Part shown: positions 9,178 to 19,729 of the stretch, one piece after another
How the letters are laid out: each line of letters opens with the position of its first letter
Position numbering within the stretch: position 1 is the first letter of the stretch
Assembly: GCA_050250375.1 (NCBI GenBank)
Contig: JBFWOS010000001.1
Span: 219,346 to 283,345 of the forward strand
Direction of reading: 5' to 3'
Length of the DNA: 64,000 bases
DNA from: Candidatus Omnitrophota bacterium
Lineage (GTDB): Bacteria > Omnitrophota > Gorgyraeia > Zapsychrales > Zapsychraceae
The notes under the pieces: generated by a model
Seen by the model: the letters and a program-made list of their open reading frames with translations, nothing else
Databases searched by the model: none
What the model was told of the DNA's origin: nothing
Translations under genes and position numbers: made by a program

Positions 9178-9924
9178 ATGTCCACCAAAATGATCATCAC
9201 CGGAATATTAACCCTGGCGGTTATGGCCGCTTCCGGTTCGGATGCCCTGGCCAAAGAACGCAAAAAATCCGGAAGTTATCAGGGAAAGAAAACAAAAGGC
9301 ACATTCCAGAAAAAAATCGACCGGGAACCGGGCCAGGTCAAAAAGAAAACGAACTGGCAGAACGAACGCGGCGAAGGCACCCGCGAGAGCGAACGCAAAT
9401 GGAACAAAGAAAGCAAGTCCGGGACCTATTCCTCCAGCACGACTACGGCCGGCGGCAAAAAATTCTCCCGGGAAGGCACCGTCACCAAAACCGGCCAGGG
9501 CGCGTACACCCAGCAGGGAACCATCACCGGGCCCAACGGCAAGACCGGCACCGTTGAGCGTACTTCCCTCCGCAATGAAGACGGCAGCCGCTCCGTTGAT
9601 ACCACTTATACCGGACCCGGCGGCAACACGCTGGACAGCCAGAAAAAGATCACCTTCGAAGACGGCGTACGTAATGTCGAAGGCCATTATTCATCCAGCA
9701 CCGGAAAAAGCGGGACATTCACGGGCCAATCCAAATTTGAAGACGGAAAAATCATCACCGAACGCTCCCTGACAAACCAGGACGGAAAAACCTGGCGGCA
9801 GGACGTTGAAATTGACAGAGACGGCAACACCATCACCCGGGATGTCACCAACACCAACCCGTGGGGAGAAAGCCGCTCGTTTAACCAGAGTGTAACCGTT
9901 GAGGAATCCGAAATAAATCCGTAA
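9178..9924 (+). CDS. Secreted G/T/S-rich beta-repeat protein
   Basis: Signal peptide, SD aaggag, repeated TGPxGxT-like turns. Confidence 0.7.
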   Translation: MSTKMIITGILTLAVMAASGSDALAKERKKSGSYQGKKTKGTFQKKIDREPGQVKKKTNWQNERGEGTRESERKWNKESKSGTYSSSTTTAGGKKFSREGTVTKTGQGAYTQQGTITGPNGKTGTVERTSLRNEDGSRSVDTTYTGPGGNTLDSQKKITFEDGVRNVEGHYSSSTGKSGTFTGQSKFEDGKIITERSLTNQDGKTWRQDVEIDRDGNTITRDVTNTNPWGESRSFNQSVTVEESEINP

Positions 9925-9956
9925 ACAACGAATCGCTCCCCTGAAATTCTCTCACG

Positions 9957-9990
9957 AAAAAGAGCCATCCAGCCGGTGGCTCTTTTTTTT
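9957..9990 (+). terminator. Intrinsic terminator
   Basis: aaaagagcca-tccagccgg-tggctc + T tract. Confidence 0.8.
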
Positions 9991-10034
9991 ATTATTTTTT
10001 TTATCTTCCCGGAGTTTCGGTATATCATACTCCT

Positions 10035-11657
10035 ATGCCTAAACCGTCCGGTTGTTCGCCATGGGCCCAAAAGGCCTGCCTGCTGTTAACCATAGTCTTC
10101 GGACTGGTCTATCTTGCGCCGTTCGTCAATTACCAGCCCTTTCTTTCCACCGGTGACCACGGCCTGAACCTTTACAACGCCCGGGCCGTCCTCGCCGGGC
10201 AAAGGCCCTATCACGATTTCCACTGGTTTTACGGGCCGCTCATGCTGTATTACTCCGCCTTCTGCTTAAAAATATTCGGCATCGGGATTCAAGGCATCTT
10301 GATGGGTTCCGTCATCCTCAAACTGATCAGCGGCCTGCTGGTCTTTGCCCTGTGTTCTCTTTATATTTCTCCGTTTTTGGCCTTCGGCGCGGCCGCGTGG
10401 TTCTGGCTGTTCAACTTTGATTTCTTTTACACCTACAATCACACCGGCGGGATCACTCTGTCGCTGGCCGTCTTGTATTGCCTGTTTCTGCATTTTAAAT
10501 CGGACCGTCTGCGGTATTTGATCCTGGGAAGCCTGGCCTGCGCGGGGCTGGGCATGATCAAGGTCAATCTGGGTTTCTGCGGGATCTTCTGCCTGAATGC
10601 CGGGGCCGTCCTGAACCGCCTGATCGTTCAGAAAAAATTCTCGCCGGGGCTGACCTATTATCTGGCAGCCAGTTCCCTGGTGCTGCCTGTCTTTGTCATC
10701 GCGGCCAACTGGATGTTCATTATCGGCCTGCCGTTTTATGTCATCAGACAGTGTTATCAGTACTTCGGCAACGACACCCAGGCCTGGGAATATACCTCCC
10801 CGCTCCAGGCGGTCGTCAAACTCAAGGATTATCTGGTCGGACGGGTCGGTCCGCATAAAGACCTGGCCGCTTTTTCTCTGGCGTCCGCGGGCGCATTGAT
10901 CTTTTTTGTGATCCAGACCGCCCGGTCCTTTAAAAGGCCGGAACACCAACGGGAAGGTCTGCTGGTGATCACAACCGTTGTGATGTTCACCGTTTGTTTT
11001 CTACATGAATATCTCCTCAGCGGGGTCATCTTCCGCGCGTTCTGGGCCCAGCCGTTTTTATTTGTATTGATGTTTTTATCCATCGGCCTGGCCGCCGCGC
11101 CCTTTCCGCGGCGGGTGCAATCCATTGTGTTTTTGATCCTGTTCGCGCTGATCGGTACACGCGGCGCGCAGAAAACCGTCCTGATCAATTCCCTGAAAAA
11201 CCGGGACCAGTTCCTCGCGCTCGAACGGGCGAACATCTACGTCGGCAATTCGCATGACTGGATCTACACTGTGACACGCGCGGCCCGTTATCTCGAAAAA
11301 AACCTGGGACCAGACGATTCGATCTTTGTCCTGCCTTACGACCCGCTTTATTATTTCCTGCTGGACAAACCCAGCCCGACCCGCCAGCTGGCCATCCTGA
11401 GTTTCGTCAATATCCCGGACGAACAGGAACGTTCCATTGTTGATGACCTGAAAAAAAATAAGCCGCAGTGGGTGCTCCTTTCAAACAGGGCGGCCGCGGA
11501 TTTGCAAGGGACGGGTCAATTGGGCGTGACGTACGGAAAAATGATCGGTCAATACATCAAAGAAAATTATTCGGTTGAAAAGGAATTCGGGAACTGGGAC
11601 GGGGTTGCCGGCTGGACGTCAAACCACGCGGTGCGGATTTTACGGCGGACACCTTAA
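10035..11657 (+). CDS. Polytopic membrane protein, GT-C glycosyltransferase-like
   Basis: GDHG...PYHDFHWFYGPL first loop, many TM helices, periplasmic C-terminus. Confidence 0.6.
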   Translation: MPKPSGCSPWAQKACLLLTIVFGLVYLAPFVNYQPFLSTGDHGLNLYNARAVLAGQRPYHDFHWFYGPLMLYYSAFCLKIFGIGIQGILMGSVILKLISGLLVFALCSLYISPFLAFGAAAWFWLFNFDFFYTYNHTGGITLSLAVLYCLFLHFKSDRLRYLILGSLACAGLGMIKVNLGFCGIFCLNAGAVLNRLIVQKKFSPGLTYYLAASSLVLPVFVIAANWMFIIGLPFYVIRQCYQYFGNDTQAWEYTSPLQAVVKLKDYLVGRVGPHKDLAAFSLASAGALIFFVIQTARSFKRPEHQREGLLVITTVVMFTVCFLHEYLLSGVIFRAFWAQPFLFVLMFLSIGLAAAPFPRRVQSIVFLILFALIGTRGAQKTVLINSLKNRDQFLALERANIYVGNSHDWIYTVTRAARYLEKNLGPDDSIFVLPYDPLYYFLLDKPSPTRQLAILSFVNIPDEQERSIVDDLKKNKPQWVLLSNRAAADLQGTGQLGVTYGKMIGQYIKENYSVEKEFGNWDGVAGWTSNHAVRILRRTP

Positions 11658-12709
11658 ATATCGGACAGTCTTTCTTTAAACGGTCCCATCCACTGAAATG
11701 TGTCGGCGCAGATGGTTTTAAGATCTTTTTTCGGCGACCAGCCCGTCTTTTCCGTCACTGCCTGGTTGTCCGTCAAATAAATCCGGACATCGCCTTTGCG
11801 TTGCTCCGGGACCGAACGCACCTCAACTGTCCGGCGGGTGATCCGGCTGACCATCGCCGTCAGTTCCATCAGGGAAAATGTGTTAGCCCGTCCGCCGCCG
11901 GCGTTGTACACCCGGCCGCTGCAGGAGTGGATATGCTCCATCTGGTAAAAAATCAGTTCACAGACATCATCAATGTGGAGCGCGTCGCGCATTTGTTTTC
12001 CGGTCCCGCCGAACCCGATATAACCCAGCGGCCGCCCGAGAAGGTGCTGGAGGATCCAGAACCCGATGATGCCCTGGTCAATGCGTCCCATCTGCCACGC
12101 CCCGGCGATCACCCCGAAACGGTTGATGACCCCCCGGATCCCGTACATGTCCATATATTCCGTCAAAAGAAGTTCACTCGCGAGTTTGGTCGCCCCGTAC
12201 AGGGACTTGGCGCCGTAAATGGAGAAATCCAGCGTGACCCCCGCGCGGCTGTAACCGGCCCCCTGTTTCTGCATCCAGTCAAAACGCGTCGGGGTTTCCT
12301 CATACGGCACCTGGTTCAGCGCGTCATAAGGATAGACCCGGCTTGAGGAGAGATAAATCACGTGCGCGCGGTCGCGCCGGGCCAGTTCCAGGCAGTTGAG
12401 CGTCCCGTTGAGGCTGGTGTCGATGGTGTACGCCGGGTCTTCGTACGATTTTAAGACACTCGGTTCCGCGGAACATTCAATCAGGTAATCGATTTTGGGC
12501 AGGACCAGCAACTGATCTTTGTGACGGATGTCGGCGCGGACAAATTCGATTCCCGCGTCCTGCAGGCGCGCAAGATTCAGTTCAGACCCGGCCCGGTGCA
12601 GATTGTCCAGGCACACGACCCGGCAGTCCGTCCAGCGCTGTTTGATAAAAACAGCCAGGTTCGACCCCACAAAACCGGCCCCGCCGGTAATCAAGAGTGT
12701 TTTATTCAA
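11654..12709 (-). CDS. NAD-dependent sugar epimerase (CDP-paratose 2-epimerase-like)
   Basis: GGAGFVG, YGATK, GTGKQMRDALH. Confidence 0.88.
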   Translation of the reverse strand: MNKTLLITGGAGFVGSNLAVFIKQRWTDCRVVCLDNLHRAGSELNLARLQDAGIEFVRADIRHKDQLLVLPKIDYLIECSAEPSVLKSYEDPAYTIDTSLNGTLNCLELARRDRAHVIYLSSSRVYPYDALNQVPYEETPTRFDWMQKQGAGYSRAGVTLDFSIYGAKSLYGATKLASELLLTEYMDMYGIRGVINRFGVIAGAWQMGRIDQGIIGFWILQHLLGRPLGYIGFGGTGKQMRDALHIDDVCELIFYQMEHIHSCSGRVYNAGGGRANTFSLMELTAMVSRITRRTVEVRSVPEQRKGDVRIYLTDNQAVTEKTGWSPKKDLKTICADTFQWMGPFKERLSDI

Positions 12710-13481
12710 CCGGTTTCTCCTCGTTCGGTTTCACGCGTTTCCTGATCTCGCCTTTCTGGTAATCTCCCCCGCACAATAACCGTTCCAGGAACACGTAAAT
12801 AATGATAAACAGATACCGGCTGCCCATCTCCTGCAGCCGCAGGCTTGAAGGCCCTTTACGTTTGTTGTACCAGTGCGTGGGGATCACGGCAAAACTGTAC
12901 CCCCGCACGATCGCCTTCAGCGGAAGCTCAACGGTGATGTTAAAATGGCGGGACAAAACCGGCCGGATCCCGTTGACCGCTTCCCGGGAAAAACACTTAA
13001 ACGCGTTGGTCACGTCATTGTATTTCAGGCCGAACAAAATATTGATAAACCCGTTCACCACGCGGTTGAGCACCAGCTTGAACCCCGGATAACCGATGAC
13101 GCGCGCGTCCTTGTGCCAGCGGGTCCCGAAACAGCAGTCGTACCCTTCGCGGATTTTCTCGACGTATTTGACCATGTCCTTTGGGTCGTCCGAGGAATCG
13201 GCCATGGCGATGATCGCGATGTCCCCTTTAAACCGGTCCAGTCCCTTCTTGATCGCGTGGCCGAAACCGAACGGCGGTTGGTTGCGCACCAGGCGCACCC
13301 GCGGGTCTTTTTGCGAATACTCCGCGATCACCTCTTCCATCCGGTCCGTGCTGCCGTCGTTGACAATGACGATCTCAAAGTCAAACTGATGTTTTTCAAA
13401 TTCCTGGCGGATCCCGTCGATCGTCGCGCCGATATTGACCGCCTCGTTTTTGGCCGGAATAATGACCGATATTAGGCTCAT
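12702..13481 (-). CDS. GT2 polyprenol-phosphate glycosyltransferase
   Basis: SVIIPAKNE, VNDGSTD, MADSSDDP. Confidence 0.9.
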   Translation of the reverse strand: MSLISVIIPAKNEAVNIGATIDGIRQEFEKHQFDFEIVIVNDGSTDRMEEVIAEYSQKDPRVRLVRNQPPFGFGHAIKKGLDRFKGDIAIIAMADSSDDPKDMVKYVEKIREGYDCCFGTRWHKDARVIGYPGFKLVLNRVVNGFINILFGLKYNDVTNAFKCFSREAVNGIRPVLSRHFNITVELPLKAIVRGYSFAVIPTHWYNKRKGPSSLRLQEMGSRYLFIIIYVFLERLLCGGDYQKGEIRKRVKPNEEKPVE

Positions 13482-13570
13482 GAAAATTAGTCCCTTTGAT
13501 TGTCACTTCATAAAAATATTTTCAGAAGGCCTCATTATACAAGGAATCCAGGAAAAAAGGTAGGGCTGAT

Positions 13571-14332
13571 TTAACTCTTCAGCTTGAAGCCGGTCTTGAA
13601 CATCCAGCGGACCATGGCGATGCAGGCGGTGAGGAAAACCGTGATCATCACCAGGCTGACGCCGAGGCTCACATCCGCGGCCTCATAAAAACTCCAGCGG
13701 AACCCGCTGATCAGATAAACCACCGGGTTAAACAGCGACACCTTCTGCCAGAACACAGGCAGCATGTCGATCGTGTAAAAACTCCCGCCCAAGAACGTGA
13801 GCGGTGTGATGACCAGGATCGGGATGATCTGCAGTTTCTCAAACCCGTCGGCCCAGATCCCGATGATAAACCCGAACAAGCTGAACGTAATGGCCGTCAG
13901 AATAAGGAAAAACAACATCAGAAACGGATGGCTGATCTGCATCGGCACAAAGAAAAACGCCGTCGCCAGGATCAGGACCCCGAGGATAATCGACTTGGTG
14001 GCCGCGGCCCCCACGTACCCGAGCAGGATCTCGATGTACGACACCGGCGCGGTGAGGATCTCGTAAATCGTGCCCGTGAACTTGGGGAAATAAATCCCGA
14101 AAGAGGCGTTTGAAATGCTTTCGGTCAGCACCGAGAGCATAATCAGCCCCGGGACAATAAACGACCCGTAACTGATCCCGTCAATCGATTCGATGCGCGA
14201 ACCGATGGCCGAACCGAAAACAACGAAATACAATCCCGTTGAGATCACCGGAGACGCCACACTCTGGCCCAACGTCCGGAACCAGCGGGCCATTTCAAAA
14301 CAGAATATCGCTTTAACCGCGCGCCAATTCAT
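13571..14332 (-). CDS. ABC-2 permease (YadH-like)
   Basis: [22 protein letters not shown]. Confidence 0.9.
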   Translation of the reverse strand: MNWRAVKAIFCFEMARWFRTLGQSVASPVISTGLYFVVFGSAIGSRIESIDGISYGSFIVPGLIMLSVLTESISNASFGIYFPKFTGTIYEILTAPVSYIEILLGYVGAAATKSIILGVLILATAFFFVPMQISHPFLMLFFLILTAITFSLFGFIIGIWADGFEKLQIIPILVITPLTFLGGSFYTIDMLPVFWQKVSLFNPVVYLISGFRWSFYEAADVSLGVSLVMITVFLTACIAMVRWMFKTGFKLKS

Positions 14333-15252
14333 TTCTTCTTCACCAGTTTGATAAATATGTCTTCAAGAGAACTTTGTTTCGTGTGAATGTCTTTATACGT
14401 GAACCCGGCCCGGTTGAGGACCGACAAGACACTTGAGATCCCGTTGTCCTCAAGCGTCGAATTAAAACTGTAGACCAGCTGTGTCTTTTCCGCGTTTAAC
14501 GCCAGCGTGAATTGATTGAGTTCCGCGGGGATTTCCCCGAGCGGTTCGTTCAGGTCCAGGATGAGTTCCTTGCGTCCGAGTTTTTTCATCAGCTTCGCCT
14601 TCTCTTCCGTGAGGATGAGCTCGCCGTTGTCGATGATCCCGATGCGGTCGGCCATCTCCTCGGCCTCGTCAATGTAATGCGTCGTGAGAATGATGGTCAC
14701 GCCCGTCTGCTGCAGGGCGCGCACCTGCTCCCACATGTCCTTGCGCAGTTCAACGTCCACCCCCGCGGTCGGCTCATCCAGGAACAACAGCCGCGGTTCG
14801 TGCGACAGGGCCTTGGCGATCATCAAACGCCGTTTCATCCCGCCGGACAAGGTCCGGATCTTGTTCTTGCGTTTGTCCCAGAGCGATAATTTTTTCAGCG
14901 TCGATTCGATGTACGCGGCGTCAAACGGTTTGCCGAACAGCCCGCGGCTGAAGGTGACCGTGTCCCACACCGTTTCAAAGGCGTCGGTGGCCAGCTCCTG
15001 CGGGACAAGGCCGACTAAGGAGCGGGTCAGGCGGAAATCCGTGAGGATGTCGTGCCCGTCCACATGAATAGTCCCTGCCGTCGGATTGATGATCCCGCAG
15101 ACCGCGCTGATCAAGGTCGTCTTGCCCGCGCCGTTGGGCCCGAGCAAGGCAAAGATCTCTCCCTTGCGGATTTCGAGATTAATGTTCTTTAAAGCCTGAA
15201 ACCCGCCGGCATAAGTCTTGTTTAAATTTTGAATGGATAAAATCGAGCGCAT
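14329..15252 (-). CDS. ABC ATPase (YadG-like)
   Basis: [18 protein letters not shown]. Confidence 0.95.
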   Translation of the reverse strand: MRSILSIQNLNKTYAGGFQALKNINLEIRKGEIFALLGPNGAGKTTLISAVCGIINPTAGTIHVDGHDILTDFRLTRSLVGLVPQELATDAFETVWDTVTFSRGLFGKPFDAAYIESTLKKLSLWDKRKNKIRTLSGGMKRRLMIAKALSHEPRLLFLDEPTAGVDVELRKDMWEQVRALQQTGVTIILTTHYIDEAEEMADRIGIIDNGELILTEEKAKLMKKLGRKELILDLNEPLGEIPAELNQFTLALNAEKTQLVYSFNSTLEDNGISSVLSVLNRAGFTYKDIHTKQSSLEDIFIKLVKKK

Positions 15253-15272
15253 TCGAATGATTATCTGTTTTT

Positions 15273-15776
15273 CTACTTTCCTGAATGAAATCCAATCGGA
15301 GTTTTGGGTTTTTCGTCTTCAGAGATTAAACGGCGGAGCGCATTAAAAACACCCTGGAATTGAGCATCATATTTCTTCTCCAGATCCTTCAATTTTCTGG
15401 CCAGATTCTTATGCGTACTCAATATTTCCCTTAACTTAATAAATGCCCGCATAATATCAATATTAGCCAGGACAGCCCGCTCACTGTTCAATACACTAGA
15501 CAGCATCGCAACACCATGCTCTGTAAACGTATAAGGCAGGTATCGTCTTCCGCCTCTCTTTGAGGTGCCATTTTGGCACCTCAAATATTCATCCTTTGTC
15601 AGTTGAAACATAAAATCAGAAGGAAACCGTATCTTGTTTCTTCGAACCTGCCGTGTCAGATGTTTCGTTTCAACCTCATACAACTGGGCCAGGTCATGAT
15701 CCAAAATAACCTTTTGCCCCCGAACGATAAAAATCTTATTGGCGATAACTGTTACAACGGCTGTTTTCCCGGACAT
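15273..15776 (-). CDS. ORF6N-domain DNA-binding protein
   Basis: [17 protein letters not shown]...[10 protein letters not shown]...[13 protein letters not shown]...IGF. Confidence 0.9.
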   Translation of the reverse strand: MSGKTAVVTVIANKIFIVRGQKVILDHDLAQLYEVETKHLTRQVRRNKIRFPSDFMFQLTKDEYLRCQNGTSKRGGRRYLPYTFTEHGVAMLSSVLNSERAVLANIDIMRAFIKLREILSTHKNLARKLKDLEKKYDAQFQGVFNALRRLISEDEKPKTPIGFHSGK

Positions 15777-16095
15777 AAAAACCCCCCTTTCAATATTAAT
15801 GAAATCGAATGGGGGAATTAAGTGTCCCTATTATATATGAGTTAATTGTGATGTCAATCAACAGATCCCTGCTTACTCTAACCGCTGGAATTCGGGGGTA
15901 GCTCATGTACCTAATTAATTGCGTAAGTGTCCATGAAATTCGTCATCATAATATAAAAGAATAAAAAAGAATAAAAAAGGAAAAAAATTATTAAAAGAAT
16001 GTGTACCTAAAGATTTAATTTGCCAAATCCGGACGGATTTTCTAAAATACTGACAACACCCCCGCTCTATTCCCCTTATAACGAAAGGGGAACTA

Positions 16096-16614
16096 ATGTC
16101 AAACACCACAATTCCATCGCGTTTCATTGAAGAACGTATCTTTCTGATCAGAGGCCAGAAGGTCATGCTTGACCGGGACCTGGCAGAATTGTATCAGGTA
16201 AAATCCATTGCTTTACGCCAGCAAGTGATGAGAAATAAAGAGCGGTTTCCAGACGATTTTTGTTTTCAACTGAACGAAGATGAAACGAATCGATTGGTAT
16301 CACAATTTGTGATACCTTCCAAACAGAGCTTAGGGGGGCATCAACCCTATGTTTTTACTGAGCAAGGAGTTTCCATGCTTTCCAGCGTATTACGTTCAAA
16401 ACAGGCTGTATTGGTCAATGTCGCCATTATGCGGGCGTTTGTGAAATTGCGCGAGACGCTTTCGTTACACAAAGAACTGGCCGTGAAACTGAGGGAACTG
16501 GAACGCAAAGTCGAGGGCCACGATGTCGCCATTCACAATATCTTTGAAGCCATCCGTCGATTGATGAATGAAAATGAAAAACCCAAACGCAAGATCGGGT
16601 TTCATGAGGAATGA
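16096..16614 (+). CDS. ORF6N-domain DNA-binding protein
   Basis: [15 protein letters not shown]...FTEQGVSMLSSVL...KIGF. Confidence 0.9.
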   Translation: MSNTTIPSRFIEERIFLIRGQKVMLDRDLAELYQVKSIALRQQVMRNKERFPDDFCFQLNEDETNRLVSQFVIPSKQSLGGHQPYVFTEQGVSMLSSVLRSKQAVLVNVAIMRAFVKLRETLSLHKELAVKLRELERKVEGHDVAIHNIFEAIRRLMNENEKPKRKIGFHEE

Positions 16615-16620
16615 GCCTCT

Positions 16621-17895
16621 TCATCGTTTCTCCGAACGGAAGATCAGCCTTAAACCGCGGTCGTAACTGAAATAATTCCACGCCCAGTTCACAAAGGCGA
16701 CCGCCTTGTTGCGGAACCCGACCAGCGACATCAGATGCACAAACAGCCAGACCAGCCAGCCGAAGATGCCCTGGAATTTGATCACACCCAGGTCCACCAC
16801 CGCGTTATTCCTCCCGACCGTGGCCATCACGCCCGGGTCCCTGTACTGGAACGGGACAAGCGGTTTGTTGTTGAGCCGCGCGTCCAGATTTTTGGCGAGG
16901 CGTTTCGCCTGCTGGATCGCGACCGGGGCCAGCTGCGGGTGGCCGCGGGGCATGTCTTTGGAAATCATCCCGGCGATATCACCGATCGCGAAAATATTCG
17001 CGAGCCCTTCCACTTCATTAAATTCGTTCACCCTGATCCGGTTACCGGGAAGGATCACCTCCGCCGGAAAACCCGGGATAACGGCGCCGGTGACCCCGGC
17101 CGCCCAGATCAGGTTTCCGGTAGACAAAGTCTTCCCGTTGGAGAGGACCGCGTTTTTTCCGTCGTAAGAAACCACCTTCGTTTTCAGCCAGATGTTCACG
17201 CTGTATTTGCTTAAAAACTTCTCCGTGCTGGCCGAGGCCTCTTTAGACATCGTGCGCAGGAGCCGTTCGTCCATATCGACAATATGGATCTGCATGTTCT
17301 GAAAATCAAGCTCGGGATAATCATGCGGCAGGACGATCTTCTTGAGTTCCCCCAAAGCGCCTGCGGTCTCAACACCGGTGGGGCCGCCGCCGACAATGAC
17401 AAACGTCATCAGCCGGGAGCGCTCTTCAATGCTTTCGGTGAGGATCGCCTTCTCAAAACTCTCCAGGATCAGGTTGCGCAGCTCCATCGCCTGGGACACC
17501 GTCTTCATCCGCATGGCGTTTTTTTCAATATCCGCCTGGCCGAAAAAATTCGTTTTGGTCCCGAGCGCCAGGACAAGGTAATCATACGAAATGTCCCCGA
17601 TCGACGTTTCCAGGCACTGATCCGCCGGCCGCACCTTAAAAACCTCGGCCATGCGGAAATACACATTGTCCTGTTTTTTAAAGATCTCGCGCAGCGGATA
17701 AGCGATCGAATCCGGTTCCAGGGCCGCGGTCGCCACCTGGTATAACAGCGGCTGAAACGTGTGAAAATTATTTTTGTCAATCAGGACGATCTGGGCGTCC
17801 AGAGACCTGAGCTTTTTGGTCAGCTCCAGTCCGCCGAAGCCCCCGCCGACAATCACGATGCGGGGTTTGCTGGTCACAGGGAGATTTACAGACAT
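16621..17895 (-). CDS. ndh: Type II NADH dehydrogenase
   Basis: GGGFGG, FQPLLYQVAT, GGGPTGVE. Confidence 0.92.
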   Translation of the reverse strand: MSVNLPVTSKPRIVIVGGGFGGLELTKKLRSLDAQIVLIDKNNFHTFQPLLYQVATAALEPDSIAYPLREIFKKQDNVYFRMAEVFKVRPADQCLETSIGDISYDYLVLALGTKTNFFGQADIEKNAMRMKTVSQAMELRNLILESFEKAILTESIEERSRLMTFVIVGGGPTGVETAGALGELKKIVLPHDYPELDFQNMQIHIVDMDERLLRTMSKEASASTEKFLSKYSVNIWLKTKVVSYDGKNAVLSNGKTLSTGNLIWAAGVTGAVIPGFPAEVILPGNRIRVNEFNEVEGLANIFAIGDIAGMISKDMPRGHPQLAPVAIQQAKRLAKNLDARLNNKPLVPFQYRDPGVMATVGRNNAVVDLGVIKFQGIFGWLVWLFVHLMSLVGFRNKAVAFVNWAWNYFSYDRGLRLIFRSEKR

Positions 17896-18131
17896 GGTTC
17901 ATTTCCTTGCAAAGATTGATTCAAGACGCCCGCACACACCGGCGCCTTGGAAGAGAATATCATAATATAATTCACGTGAAAAAGGAAGGAAATGTGGGGA
18001 ATATAAAGTGATCGGTGATGTGTGATCAGTGATCAGAGCGCTGTCGCGTATCTTGCGGACTTCTCATTCGACATGTATAATTATTTCAATCCCCCGCTCG
18101 ATCTCCCCTTATAACCATAAGGAGAGCATAA

Positions 18132-18464
18132 ATGCCGTCAAAAACCATTTCCACCGAAATTGTATCCAACAAAATATTTTTCATCCGCGGCCAGAAAGTG
18201 ATGATCGACCGCGACCTAGCCGAACTTTATGGTGTAGCCACAAAGGTATTAAATCAGGCCGTTAAGAGAAACATTGACCGGTTTCCGGATGATTTTATGT
18301 TTCAACTGACCTGGGAAGAGGCCGAATCTTTGAGGTCACAATTTGTGATCTCAAACCAGGTTGACAGCCAAAGTTCAAGGTCACAAATTGTGACCTTGAA
18401 CAGAGGTAAAAATGTTAAATATCTTCCCTCTTCTTTCTTTTTTCACAGATCCCTGATCACTTAA
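18132..18464 (+). pseudogene. C-terminally truncated ORF6N protein
   Basis: Homology to paralogs stops at KYLP; FTExG motif and coiled-coil tail missing. Confidence 0.7.
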
Positions 18465-18468
18465 ATCC

Positions 18469-18497
18469 TTGACAAAAAAATCAATCCGGGTTAAACT
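18469..18497 (+). promoter_or_regulatory. Sigma70-type promoter
   Basis: TTGACA-17bp-TAAACT. Confidence 0.7.
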
Positions 18498-18502
18498 TTC
18501 AA

Positions 18503-18670
18503 TGTTTCCTTGAACAACGGTGTTTCGGGAAAAGACATTTTAACCGGCGGTGAGCGCCGGACCAGGACCACGAGGCCCTTAACCAGAACCAATCGGTTAG
18601 GGGTTTTTTATTTGGGCAAGGCCGCCCTCTTCCGCTGACTGCCGTCAGCGCGCGAAGGGGGTTTTTTATT
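18503..18670 (+). promoter_or_regulatory. Structured leader with two tandem terminators and ANTAR-like hairpins
   Basis: Terminators at about 18576-18609 and 18625-18668; aac-AACGGT-gtt and gggc-AAGGCC-gccc. Confidence 0.55.
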
Positions 18671-18727
18671 GTCTCCGTAAAGATTGTTTCAGCACACATG
18701 TTTAACCAACCAACAAGGAGGACCATC

Positions 18728-19531
18728 ATGAAGCACGGCAGCACAATCAGTCAAATCTTGTCCCTAACCCTTGTCCTTTTCCTCGGCCTATCGGTGTTAC
18801 CCAAGACCTGCACCGCGGAGGATATGGACGAGCCCCCCACCCTGTTCGGGAGTTTCCTGAAAGACATGGGCGTTGAGATCAGCGGCGGCGCAACCATGGA
18901 TTATTACGACCGTTACGTCTGGCGCGGCCAGTACCTGGACCGGGACAGCGTCCTGCAGCCCGGGATCAGTTTCTCAACACTGGGGTTCACCGTGGGGTAC
19001 TGGGGCAGTTTCGACATGGAAAACGGGGACTCGCTCACCTCCGATGAAAGCGACTATTACGTCTCTTACGGGTACACGCTTGACCCGGTCACCGTCAGCG
19101 TCGGGCACACCTGGTATGATTTCCCCGAATACGACGGATCATCCAAGGAGTTCTTCGTGTCGGTCGCGGTCGACACGTTGTTGTCTCCCACGTTCTCCGT
19201 CTTCCACGATTACGAAGACGGGAAAGACCTGAACACGGACGGCGACGGAAATTATTACACCCTGGCCCTGTCCCACAGCGTCCCGCTCTGCGAAAAGACC
19301 GGGATCGCGCTGGACCTGGGGCTGACCTTCGGGTACGTCGACGGACAATGGCTGTCCGGCGAAGGCACCCATCTCACGCCAACCATCGGACTGAACATTC
19401 CGCTCACCCCCAATCTCACCATCATCCCGACCATCGGGTACAACGCGCCGATGGGCGACCTGGAAGACGCGGATATCGGCAACCAGGAAGACAAGGTCTT
19501 CGGCGGTATCAAAACAGCGTTCGCCTTCTAG
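18728..19531 (+). CDS. TorF/TIGR02001-like outer-membrane protein
   Basis: Signal peptide, RYVWRG...VLQPG motif, C-terminal F; SD aaggagg before ATG 18728. Confidence 0.75.
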   Translation: MKHGSTISQILSLTLVLFLGLSVLPKTCTAEDMDEPPTLFGSFLKDMGVEISGGATMDYYDRYVWRGQYLDRDSVLQPGISFSTLGFTVGYWGSFDMENGDSLTSDESDYYVSYGYTLDPVTVSVGHTWYDFPEYDGSSKEFFVSVAVDTLLSPTFSVFHDYEDGKDLNTDGDGNYYTLALSHSVPLCEKTGIALDLGLTFGYVDGQWLSGEGTHLTPTIGLNIPLTPNLTIIPTIGYNAPMGDLEDADIGNQEDKVFGGIKTAFAF

Positions 19532-19729
19532 CGCGGGCCTGGATTCACCAAGAGGAGTTGGTAAGGAGGGCAACTCCTCGCCTTTTATCAATTGGAAAAT
19601 TAAGAAGTGTGCGGCGGACTGTATCCGTGATCGGACTGTTGGAGGGTATATGTATAAAAGGAATGCCCAGATCACTAGCCAGGCCGCTGTCCCGTATCTT
19701 TATTTTTCCTGACGCCAGTGTTATTTGAC

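Noticed and set aside
15273-18464. Prophage suggested by ORF6N genes
   Set aside because: No structural, terminase or integrase genes; flanked by housekeeping genes.
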